A DNA stretch of 20,000 nt from Paramecium tetraurelia. Its lineage: Eukaryota. The DNA lies in assembly GCA_000165425.1 (NCBI GenBank), contig CT868671.1, positions 683,587 to 703,586 on the forward strand, read 5' to 3'. This document shows, one piece after another, positions 1 through 10,788 of this stretch. Each line of letters begins with the position of its first letter. The stretch's first letter is position 1. The position numbers and the translations under genes are program-made. The notes beneath the pieces were generated by a model. It made no database searches and had not been told where the DNA came from. It saw nothing but the letters and a program-made list of their open reading frames with translations.

Positions 1-1352
1 TAACAAACTCGACCCAAATACAAGGGTAATCGAATAGTTATAATTAGTTATCCAAATAACTTCGTTAGTTAGATGATACTTCAGAAAAATCCCTTGAAAT
101 TATCAATATGCTAAATGAATACGAAGAATGTAAGATATCATCCAAAATTCCTAGATCGATTTCCCTCTAAAGTATAGCTGATCAAGACATTCAAATCCTT
201 TGCTCCAAAAGCACCCCAAAAGAAGAAAACAGTGAAATTATGCGAAAGTCTTATGATTGAGGAGAATTAAGCAATTGCTTAAAATAATTTGAGAAACAGC
301 TAATTGTAGGTAATTTAGGAAGAGAATCTGATTGAGGATGAAGTTATACCAAATCAATTCGAACAAGAAGTTGTTGAGTCTGAAATTCATCTGAAAAACA
401 ACTTCCACCAAAATAAAATGAACATTAATCCTGAATAAGAAGAAATAAATCAATTAGAAATAAGAATGGAACAGGCAAAAGGTCTCTATCAGGAAGCCCT
501 TTTGGATGAAGCCTTCGAGATCACCTAAGATATTTTCCTTAAATTAAATAATAAACAAGCTCAATGGTTTAAGGAGAAAGGTTACCAAGAATTCTATGAG
601 AATTTGCAAGAAAAAAAACTCATACTTACATAGAACTTGAATGAATTAGAATCAGGAGGATGGAGAATAGAAAAACAAACACAAAATCTTATCATTAAAT
701 ATAAACTATTTGAAGAAGAATCAACAGTGACTGTTTATTTAGATTCTGTATTTGAAGCCAACATCACAAAGTTGATGGCACTCATCAATGAAATTGATCT
801 ATATCATAATTATGTTCCTTTTTGCCAAAGATCCTCTATGAATAAATAATTGACTAAGACTTGCAAGATTTGCGATATAGTAGTTTACTTCCCGTTCATT
901 TCAGATAGAAGGGCAGTATTTGTTGGCGAGGGCATTGATAGGCTTATGATCAATGGAACAATAGTCTTTGTTTGCAAGTCTATTGATCATAATATCGACT
1001 ATCAATAGAAACATGACATTCATTTTGAAACAAATAAAAAACTTGTTAGTTTGATAATCAATTACTATATTTTTGAATTGACACCTATAAATGATAATAA
1101 ATGCAGAGTTCGTGCTATTACTAACTCAAATCCTTAGGTGAAATACCTTCCTAATTGGCTTATTGGGTATTTGGCCAGGAAAGTAATTATTTTATCAAAA
1201 TATAGATGGCACATGAATTGTTTGAAAGAATGGAAAGGATAACCAAGAATTTTGAAAAATCTCCATGGTTTGAAAAATATAATCAAAACATCGAATTTTA
1301 TAAGTGGATTGACTAGAAAGTATAGAAATACTTTGAATTACGTTAAAAATGA
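1..1352 (+). CDS. START/SRPBCC-family lipid-binding domain protein (probably 5'-truncated by the window)
   Basis: In code 6, frame +1 is open from the window start to 1182. An intron at 1183-1205 (GTAATT..TATAG, 23 nt) follows, then the last exon ends at TGA 1350-1352. A possible further intron lies at 26-47. The C-terminal half reads ESGGWRIEKQTQNLIIKYK..FEANITKLMALINEIDLYHNYVPFC..YFPFISDRRAVFVG..FELTPINDNKCRVRAITNSNPQVKYLPNWLIGYLARKMAHELFERMERI, a START-like pattern (W, P-x-S-x-R, P-x-W then C-terminal helix). Confidence 0.8.
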
Positions 1353-1370
1353 ACTATTTAATTTTAAATA

Positions 1371-4300
1371 ATGCTAAACAACTGTTATACTCTTCGCCAC
1401 AGTCCAGTATTCAGAAATCCAAAATCAAACTAAGCAGTTCAGTAATTAACTACACTTATTAATGATACTGCAGGCCGATTGTCTCCACTTTAACCTCAAG
1501 TCAAAAAAATAATTGGAATTAAAAAAAATTCATCAACTGACCGCTAATTACCACTTTGTGAAGTGCCCTTTCAAACTAATTTTTTCGCCTAACATGAAAA
1601 TGACATTGCATATTCCAATAGAAGCAATATTTAAACAAACAGATAATTTAGTAGAAATTAAAGAACATAAAGTGTTTATACAGGTAATAAAGAAAATTTT
1701 GTGAGAAGCCCTACTAGAAGTCCATTTTCTAAACCAGTTATTCAGAAAGATTGTTTCACTCCAATCTATAATAGGAGTCCCATCTAAAGAGTATAATCTC
1801 CAGGAATAATAGTAGGCATAAGACAAACTAATCAAAAGGGATTTGGATCCATAAGTCCCATGAGAATACAACAAAGGGTTAATATAAGAGAACCTTTATC
1901 TGAAATGGTGGATAATTTGAAACAAAATATTTTGAGAGATATTTAAGAAGTCACAAAAAAATATTCAAATACCATTCTATAAGCCAACTAATAGCCAGAA
2001 AAAATCATATAAGAACAAAGGGAAACTAGGTTTGACGAATTTAAGGTCTAAGAATTCAAAAAATAACAATATCTCGAACATCAATTAGAATTAATCAAAT
2101 CGTAATAATAAAAGCTAGTGGTTCAAAATAAACAGAGTTTCTGTTCTCAAGAAAATCTTATGAACGCAACATTAGATTAGAAAAAACATTTCTAATAAAG
2201 ATAACATGACTTAAATTTCTTGAAATCCTTAGAATACTAGATCAGATCACAATCCTTTGTCGATTAGTAAAGCAATTTTTAGAGTTTGAAATAAGAAACT
2301 CAAAAAATAAAATAAATTTAAGAAATTAAGAAATTTACTTATGATCCTCAATACTAGTTACAATTTGCTTAATAATAAATTGAAGAAAGAACACCTCTAT
2401 AAAATATTAGTAAATATAATTAATAAATTGATTATTTACAGAGATTGAATAATAAGATAGAATCGATTTCCAAATAGCAGCATCATCTACCCGAATATCA
2501 GAACCCATAAGGATAAAAAAAAAATGATGAATTTTCTATGACCAAATTGTATCAAGACTAACAATTAAAGAACACCATAGATATGAATTAAGAAAAGCAA
2601 TGCGTAAACTATTTCTAATCTCCTTTTAATTTAAACTAAGAAAAATAATATCCAGTGTTTAATACTGCAAGATCTGGTTATTCACCGATTGGAAGAGAAG
2701 TGCACATAACTAACAAAGAATCAGCCAATAATACTTTAAATAATACTAAACAAATTTTATCAACCTTGAATTCTTAAAATGAATTGTAAAAGTTGAAGAA
2801 TTTACAATTAGAATTAAAATAGAATAAACCAGTATTTGAGTAAACAAAATAATAAAAAATGGAATTAGATATTAAAAAATTTTAAGAAACAGGAGAAACA
2901 AAAATTGACAAAACTTATTTTAATCCTTATTCATAGACTTAATAAATTTAAATTGAAAAGTCTTGTAGGTAGGAGAAGATTTAAGAAATTAATTAAGAAA
3001 ATTCTAATCTAAATAAAGCTAAATAATTTAATGTTTTCAATTCTTAATAATCATAATAATAATAAAAATTATTATTGCAATAATAAGTATCAGAATAAAG
3101 TTAACTTTAAAACTAATACTCAAAAAAACAGGTATATTAAGATATTAGTAAATAAATAAAATAGCAAAAGTTTCCAGCCTATTTGAAAGGGCCCAATGAT
3201 ACTGATGATGATGTAAATAATCAAATCACAATTAGTAATTTATCATCAATTATTCCTGCTGAGATATCTGCTAATTAGCATAAAAAAATAAATGTTTCAT
3301 TTGAAAGCAGTATTGAATAATAATAACTTGATTATTTAAAAGGATCTGATTGCAGAAATACGTTTGGACCTTTATAATTGGAAACTATACTAAAATCCCC
3401 AAAAGAAAATTGTGAAATTTTACAAGAAAAAGATTCACCTTGCTAACCTGAATTTGATTTAAATAGTTCTAGGTACGAGATTTAGAATCATAATAAGAAT
3501 TAAGAAATACCCTCTAATAATGAATAAGAAATTATTAAGAGCAGCAGAAAATTTACTAAGAATTAAGAAAGTGAAAAGGAATAATCTATAAAAAAAAGTG
3601 ATGAATAAACAGGAGAAATCCAATTTTTTGAATAAATTGAAATGATGGAAAAAATAGTAAGATAATAATCTCAGGCTCAATCATAATGTAGTTAGTCAAG
3701 AGATTCAAAGTCACTTGAAAATTAATCAAAGTAGAACAATATTTAAAATAGTGGATCAAATTTCAAAAATAAAAGTTCCTAAAATAAAAGCTCTGTTAAA
3801 TAATCACAAGCTTACAGTCCTATGGAAACTAAAATTTCAATTGTAGTTTAACCATTTTAAAAAGAGAGTTCTGGTAGAAAAAGTTCTCCCAAAGAAATTG
3901 AGAACAATAACGTTCAAATTTAATCTTAGTAGAGCATTTTAATTAATAAAAATTGTGATAAAATCTCTTCTGGTAAAGGTTAAAGGTACAGTGACTACAA
4001 AGAGGAAGTAAAATAACTTGATGACGATAAACAAGAATAAGATTATTTATTAAATAATTCTACAAGATATGAACAAATGGTACAAAATTTCTAAAATATT
4101 AAGAATCAATCTTTAAGCGAATTCTAATTAGAAAGTTAAACATTTAAATAATCAATGTAGGTTAATGAATGTGAACATATAAGTGATTTTGTGATATTCA
4201 GCGATAAATAAAACGAGAACTAATTAGAAATAATTAAAAAGAAGAACGTAACATTTAATTAACAATTAATTCAATAATCTCTTTCAAAAATAGAAAACCT

Positions 4301-4489
4301 CCAAACTGAAACTAATTTCAGTGATTTTATGAAAATTAAGGCTTTGGATATTCTCTCATCAGACTCTATTCCAGTAATTTCTTAAGATGCATTTACATTG
4401 ACTTAATTATAGCCAAAAGGAGGGATAAGTAATATATTATAATAATTCTAGGCTTTTTGTAATACAAACAATAGTTAGAAACTGAATGA
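1371..4489 (+). CDS. Hypothetical Q/N/S/K-rich, largely low-complexity/coiled-coil protein (~1031 aa)
   Basis: ATG at 1371 (MLNNCYTLRHSPVFRNPK). Frame +3 has no TGA for over 1000 codons and many in-frame TAA/TAG read as Gln. Removing a probable 23-nt intron at 4429-4451 (GTAATA..TTCTAG) gives the C-terminus GGISFLQYKQQLETE and TGA 4487-4489. If the intron is unspliced, the stop is at 4509-4511. No recognisable domain; several SP motifs near the N-terminus. Confidence 0.75.
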
Positions 4490-4532
4490 AATGATTTATT
4501 TTTTCTATTGAAATTAATTATTAATATAAAAA

Positions 4533-7500
4533 ATGAATATATTTAATCAGCATCACTTCACTCCTGAGACTCCTTAGTTATTACAAAATTTAAATTTAAG
4601 AGATAGCTAAGCTGCAAAGAAGCTAATATAATTATTATGTCATAGTAGTGAGATCTAATTTCCTCCAATATAAAATACAAAAATCAAATTAAGTGAGTAT
4701 ATGGAAAGCCTAACACAAAAACCGAAGAACTTATTTTAACAATGTTCTGAAAAAATTTATGACATTTTTGGATAAATGGATAATAGAACAATTATCAATT
4801 CGATTTTAGATCATTTAGATGAACATTCCTGTATCAATGTGTTAATGTTGTTTTATAAATGTTTGTAGAATTCTGGCTTAAAATAATAAATCTATGAGGA
4901 TGGGTATTAAATAAAATATCATATAGCTATTTATCCGAAATCATTGAAAAATTTGAAAATGCTCTAACAACTCCAAATTCGATTTATATGAAATTATCCA
5001 AACTAAGTACCACAGGAGACTTTCATATGAATTTAACCAAATTTTTATTGACACATTATCCAACTGTTTATTCAAAAGAAAATAACCTTTAACCAAGATA
5101 ATCAATTTAAGAAAATTCTTTTTAAGTAGAGCCTTCCAGACAATAAAACAAAAATTTCAAAATACCTCCTTTAAAATTACCTTAAAATAGTTTAGAAATA
5201 ATTGGCGTGATGACAAGATCAACAAGGAGAGCGGATCCTTTTAAATCATATTCTACATGTTCTAATAGGTTCTCGCATTCAATTGATTCTGCAATTAAAT
5301 TTACAAGTGGTTCTTAAGCAATTCATATTGAAGAAGATTAGAATTGCAAATTAAATGCAAAAGAAAAGTAATATATCCTAAATTGATATTAGATTATAAA
5401 ATTTAGCATAATTATTAGGGGGTTATTGTTTGACTCAAGATCTATCATGTTTGTTGTTGAAACAAAGAAGACAACATCTAGAATCTTTAAAAAGATTGGG
5501 AATCAATACATGGCCAAGTATTTTAAAGGAAGGTGAAGATCCACTGGCTGAATCTTTGGAATAGGAATAAAGCAAAACTCAAAAGAGTAAGATTTGTAGA
5601 CTTTGGGGAAATATCCTTTATTTCCTCTTGAAAGATATCAAAAAAATCTAGTATGAATTATGCCCTTACTCATCAATTTTAAATTATTTATGTTCTAGCT
5701 CTTTCTAGAAAAATAAAATATCATCAAAACAAATACATTAAGATTTTGACACTGATATATACCTAAAAAGATAACTTTGTGATTCGAGCAAAATCAAATA
5801 TGACAATGGATTGATAAGTGAATAGAAGATATATTTTTTAATTTTGGATTTGTTCAATTGTGATCAATAACATATAAAATTACAATAAGATTCACAAAAA
5901 GAATAATCATTTGAAAATGATGAATCAGAAAGAAGCATTGAAGTATGACAAGTCATTATATTCTAAGTCTCCTCACACAGTTGCTAACATTCCAGAAATG
6001 ATGATTCCGGTGAAAAATGAATTAGAAAAAGTGGTATGTAATTATAGACATTCAAATACAACTTAATTCCCATTTTTAAAGCACATTTAATACCGTTTCA
6101 ATTTTATTCTTAGTACAATGGATATGAATCAAAATGCCTTTTATGAATTGGAATCTGATTTACTAGCTATCCTTGAGAAATATTTGAGTTACACTCACAA
6201 CAGAATTTTGTTGCCTTAATTTTTAGACTACATGATAGATATCTTAGTTATGATAAAAAGATAAATAATTGACATCATTAATTGCCAATAATCTTCATCT
6301 CGAACTCCTAATTAATCACAATATATATCCAAATCAGCTAAACATTATTCTTAAACTATAAACAATATGTTTAAATCAAATATGTTTGAAACATCTCCAG
6401 ATTAAAAATCAAATTAAAACTAAACTTAGTTATTTTCATAACAGTAATAATTTCAAGCCTCTTAGTTAAATTTTTCATCCTAATAACACTAATAATAATA
6501 GCAGCAGCAATAATATTCCACTTTAAAATTTAAATCGCAGAAACCTTTTATTCAAAAGTATCCTCAAATCATCTCCATATACATCAGTATTCTTTCAAGA
6601 TTATTCTTGAGAGCAATAAATGATTCTTCCATTAAATTTCTATTGAACGTTTATGTTAATGAAATCTTTTTGGATATGATTAAGAATTTTAGTATTTATA
6701 TATTTTAAGAGTTAAATTCCAATAAGGAAGAGAACTTTGAAATCCATGCAATGAGAATATTATTATTTTACGAATCTATACTCTTGTTATTTTAGAAGCA
6801 TGATAAGGAATTTAAATAACAGGTGAGATAATTTTAAGGATTTTTAAGTTAACTTCAAAAGGTTCTTCAAAAATTTATAGAACAACATACTTATTTATTA
6901 TAAAATCCATAAGTGATTAGGGTGTAGGTTTATAAAAAAGCATTTGAAGTTTTAGGATTGTCGTTTTAATATCCAAATGAAGAATTATCCTCTTTTATGA
7001 TCAGATATTGTTATGTCAACTTTATCAAGTTGTATTCTTAAAGCAATTTGAATGACATGAAGGAAATAAATTAGAAAATCCAAGAAATTAATTTGAAATA
7101 ATAACCAAGTTCAAAATAAGATGAAAAATAATCAAAATAGTTAAGCTAAATTTTTATGAACCTATATATTAAGTGCTTATTTTGCATTGCCTAAAATAGA
7201 AGTGAAGACATTTCAAGAAAATTTTATTAGTATAGGATAGTTGAGTTTCTAACTCAAGAGATAGATTTAGAGTTTGACATCACTTAAAATAGAGAGTAGC
7301 CATTAAATAACTCGTCGTCATTAAAATAAGAAGTAAATTAATATTGATTTCTTTAATTAAATAGTAAAATAATTAAGTGGATTCATCCAGTAATAATGAG
7401 AGATTGAGTTCCAAAATCAGTGATAGACCTAATGTAAAGCCAAATTAATAATCTGTTCATAAGTAGTAACTACAAGAAATTTAAGAAGAAAAACAAAAAT

Positions 7501-10266
7501 AGGCTAAAAATAATAGTTAAATTTTATTAAAAAAGGTTTTAGTCCCAGCTTTGGATTTGGAAGGGAAACTGAAATAGATTAATATTTCAAGTTAATCTTA
7601 TAGCCATAGTCCATAATTTAATACTTCAGCGAAACAATAGTAGAACTAAACTGTATTACAAAAAGTTTCCCCTGATGACGTTTAATAAAATCATAAAAGA
7701 GGTAATTCAATGCCATTTAAATCAGAATTATGCATTCAAGCTTAATTATCAGAAAGTTAAAGAAGAATGCTATTACAAAAGCATATAAATCCAAATAGTA
7801 GTGATCAGAAATAACCTGTCCCTAAACTAAATTTACCCAATTGTCAACAAGAGAAAGAACAATCGCAACAACTCAAATTAAATTTTTAAAATTAACCAAA
7901 AGATGAGTTATTCTATTTTAGTGAAAGAAAGTTAAGAAAAATATATTCTGATGAAGAATTACATGCTAATTGTTTATCTCTATTAATTTGCTTATTAATT
8001 AAGCCGATGAGAGGAACATTAGACGATTTGTATTGTTCTTAGTATCCAATTATTAATGGAAAACCCAACATTCTATATTTATTGCATCATCATCTTAATC
8101 ATCCCTAAAATCAAAATGTAATAAAATTAGTTTTATAAAAAATTACAAATATTAAGATTATTAGATTGTTAAAATTATTGTGTATATCTCTGTTTGATAT
8201 CAAATAATATACTGATTGGTAGAAAATAGCATCAGGAGCATATGGAGTAATCTATCAATGCAAAACTGCTTTGCAAGAACCAGAATATGTAGCAATAAAA
8301 TAAATGGGACTGCCAAAAAGCATATATGAAGTAATGTTTCAATTTAATTTATTATAGAGATGTGTCCTTCATGGACTATTTACAGAAATAGCTTGTATGG
8401 AGAATTTTAGGTTAACACCCCAAGTTGCCACTCTCTATGATTACGGTGTAACTTCGAGTGATTATATAATTGTTATGAAGAAATACCCATAATCATTAAA
8501 AGAATGGAGACAATAATAGAAAGGATCCTTTTTGGATAATCTCGGTGTCTATTTGAGCTTGTACAAGGAAGTTCTATAGGCTGTACAAATGTTACACAAT
8601 CATAATGTTACCCATTACGATATAAAAGCTGATAACATTTTGTTGGATGGTATGCACGTTGTTCTGACTGATTTCGGAGAATCTAGTATATTTATGAATG
8701 AAGAGGATGAATATTGTGTAAGAAATAGGGGCACAGAATATATTAAGTCACCAGAAATGCTAACATTGACCATGAATTCTAAAAAAGAATAAGACACTTA
8801 TGATAGACGAAAAAAAGTAGGAACAACCAGGTCCTCTGATGTTTGGTCTCTTGGTTGTTTGCTATTTGAAATATTGACTGGAGAATTATTATTTTTTAAA
8901 AAAGAATGGGTGTAATTTTATCTATAAGTCACCTAACCCACTGAATAATTAATTTCTGAAGAAAAATAAAAAGTATTTGAAATCTAGTATGTTAGCTTCT
9001 TGGAAATAATGTTTATATTATAGATTTTTTGAAATATGTCCTTGTCAGAGATTAAAAACATAGACCAAATATTGAAAGCGTTTTGAAACGATTTGAACAC
9101 GTTCATGCTCTTTTAGTAACTAATAATTAATAAAAAATAACTCAATAAACCCTTCTCAACACGAAATCATTTGAAATATTGCTTGAAGATTATCATAAGT
9201 TGGTTTACTACAATGATGAAAATGTTGAGATTGAACCTGCTTAACCTATTCACTTGTCTTTTTTTAAAGTTACCTAAGAAATTTTTGTTTCTGACTAAAA
9301 TTATTTTAAACAAAATTAAGAAAAGTACCAAATACATATAAATTAGGTTGATTGAAGTTGGAATTACTAATGTGATTTCAGATACTTAATAATTAAAAGC
9401 TCAGGATTTACACAAATTCCAATATATCATCTTCTCTTTAGAAAATATTGCACAATTACCAGATTATGTAAAGGCAGCTTAACTAGTCCCTCACATGCTT
9501 GATTATTTGAGGTAGATTCTTCTTCACAAAGGTAAACTTCTAATTGTTGAAAATCACTCATCTTATTTGCGATAGGCTTTACTTTTGACTTTATGTTATT
9601 TTTTTAGGCTAAGTGCTTACGAAGTTCATAACATCTTTAATAACTAGCTACTCTATTTTAATGTGTCAAATCTACCAATTTTAAATAAATTATCTATTTA
9701 TTCAAATCAATTAACTCAGCATTTATTAACATACCCTCGATTACAATGCATTTGTGGATGTGTAACGTTTATTCTTAAACGAGATTTCAATGATGAAAAA
9801 AGAATGTAGATTTAATAGTGTCATTGTCATGGAAACATGTTATGTAATGGAGGAGCAGGATTGACTAAAGGATGCTCACAATATTTGAAATTTTTGAGAG
9901 TAATGTAAAGTTATATATTAGAAACGATATAAAATATCATGGGAATAAATTAAATGGGGATAAATAGATTTCGATGCCTTTTTGATAGGTCCTTTTAATA
10001 AAGGGTCAATAAGATAAGAAAGTAGGATCTAAATTTTGTTATCCTCTATGGGATCCAATCATAACTTACTTAATAATTAATCAAACAGCGATTGGAATGT
10101 TTATTAATGCAATAAATGTGATATGTGGATGATTGCCTATAATAGATAATCACATGATTTATTAGTCATCATGAATAATTTGTATCGAAAGAATCACAAT
10201 AAATTTTTCGGTGACAAATTAAAATTACCAAATTTAAAAAATTTTAGTCTTTTAGAATTAAGATGA
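4533..10266 (+). CDS. Large Ser/Thr protein kinase with a C-terminal degenerate dual-specificity phosphatase-like domain and a Cys-rich Zn-binding domain (~1844 aa)
   Basis: ATG 4533 to TGA 10264-10266. Eight introns: 4904-4926, 5368-5392, 5943-5967, 7333-7364, 8331-8357, 8973-8995, 9325-9346, 9900-9921. Spliced length is 5535 nt (1845 codons) with no internal TGA. Kinase motifs at ~8205-9110: IASGAYGVIY, VAIK, TEIACM, HYDIKADN, DFG, GTEYIKSPE, SDVWSLGCLLFEILTG, HRPNI. Confidence 0.9.
6481..6513 (+). repeat. Short polyglutamine tract mixing TAA/TAG/CAG/CAA codons
   Basis: taa taa cac taa taa taa tag cag cag caa taa lies in the kinase reading frame, direct support for TAR = Gln. Confidence 0.8.
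9260..9700 (+). other. Dual-specificity phosphatase-like (pseudophosphatase) domain within the kinase gene
   Basis: The translation KVTQEIFVSD..ERLIEVGITNVIS..HMLDYLRQILLHKGKLLIVENHSSYLRQALLLTLCYFFRLSAYEVHNIF parallels the DSP pattern (LFLG..L..GIT.VLN..FI......GKVLVHC..G.SRS....AYLM....SL..A). It lacks the HCx5R motif. Confidence 0.55.
9741..10130 (+). other. Cys-rich putative Zn-binding domain resembling GFA/CENP-V/Mss4-like fold
   Basis: LQCICGCVTF ... CHCHGNMLC ... KGC ... YQCNKCDMW matches the CxCG-x-V-x-F ... CHC ... CxxC layout of GFA/Mss4-like domains. Confidence 0.45.
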
Positions 10267-10746
10267 TTTATATGCAACATAATTTACATAATTGAAAACA
10301 ATATTAATTTAGCTTTTTAATAATAAAATTATACATTTTTGAACAACATGCTTTTCAAATTTTAACTTTATAACATCAACCGAATTGAATATAAGAATTA
10401 ATTGCTAAATAATCTGATTGTTCTTTTTTTTGAATTTTTGATTCCTCTTCTAATTTAAACAATACTCATAAAATCCAGATTTCATATTTGATTCTTGTTC
10501 AGCCTAGCAAAGATTCTTAGTATATATAATTTATATTGAATATATAATTAATCACAAACCTAGTATTTATGATCAGAGGAGGATATTTAAAAAAATGCCA
10601 TTTATTCTTATTTTTTTTTTGAAAAAAAGAATTATTTGTTTCAAGATTGATTATAGTTAAAGAGCAAAATTCAAATTTAAGTCAATATTCATTTAAACGC
10701 AAGTAGTTATCGTGAACAAAAAATATCATAAACATAAACAAAAGTC

Positions 10747-10788
10747 AAATAGGTTGAACCTTGAGTGTTAATAAGGTTCAATCTATTT
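10747..10788. repeat. Inverted repeat / hairpin with 16-bp arms and a 10-nt loop
   Basis: AAATAGGTTGAACCTT (10747-10762) pairs with AAGGTTCAATCTATTT (10773-10788), with one G-T mismatch. Confidence 0.75.

Noticed and set aside
2410..2441. Intron-like GTAAAT..TACAG segment in gene 2
   Set aside because: The frame reads through unspliced. Splicing would shift the frame and truncate a 1000-codon ORF.
1350..4535. Polyprotein made by UGA readthrough joining genes 1, 2 and 3 (both unspliced junctions are in frame)
   Set aside because: The chance of two in-frame junctions is about 1 in 9. The likely intron at 4429-4451 moves the gene 2 stop out of frame with gene 3. No SECIS or readthrough signal was seen.
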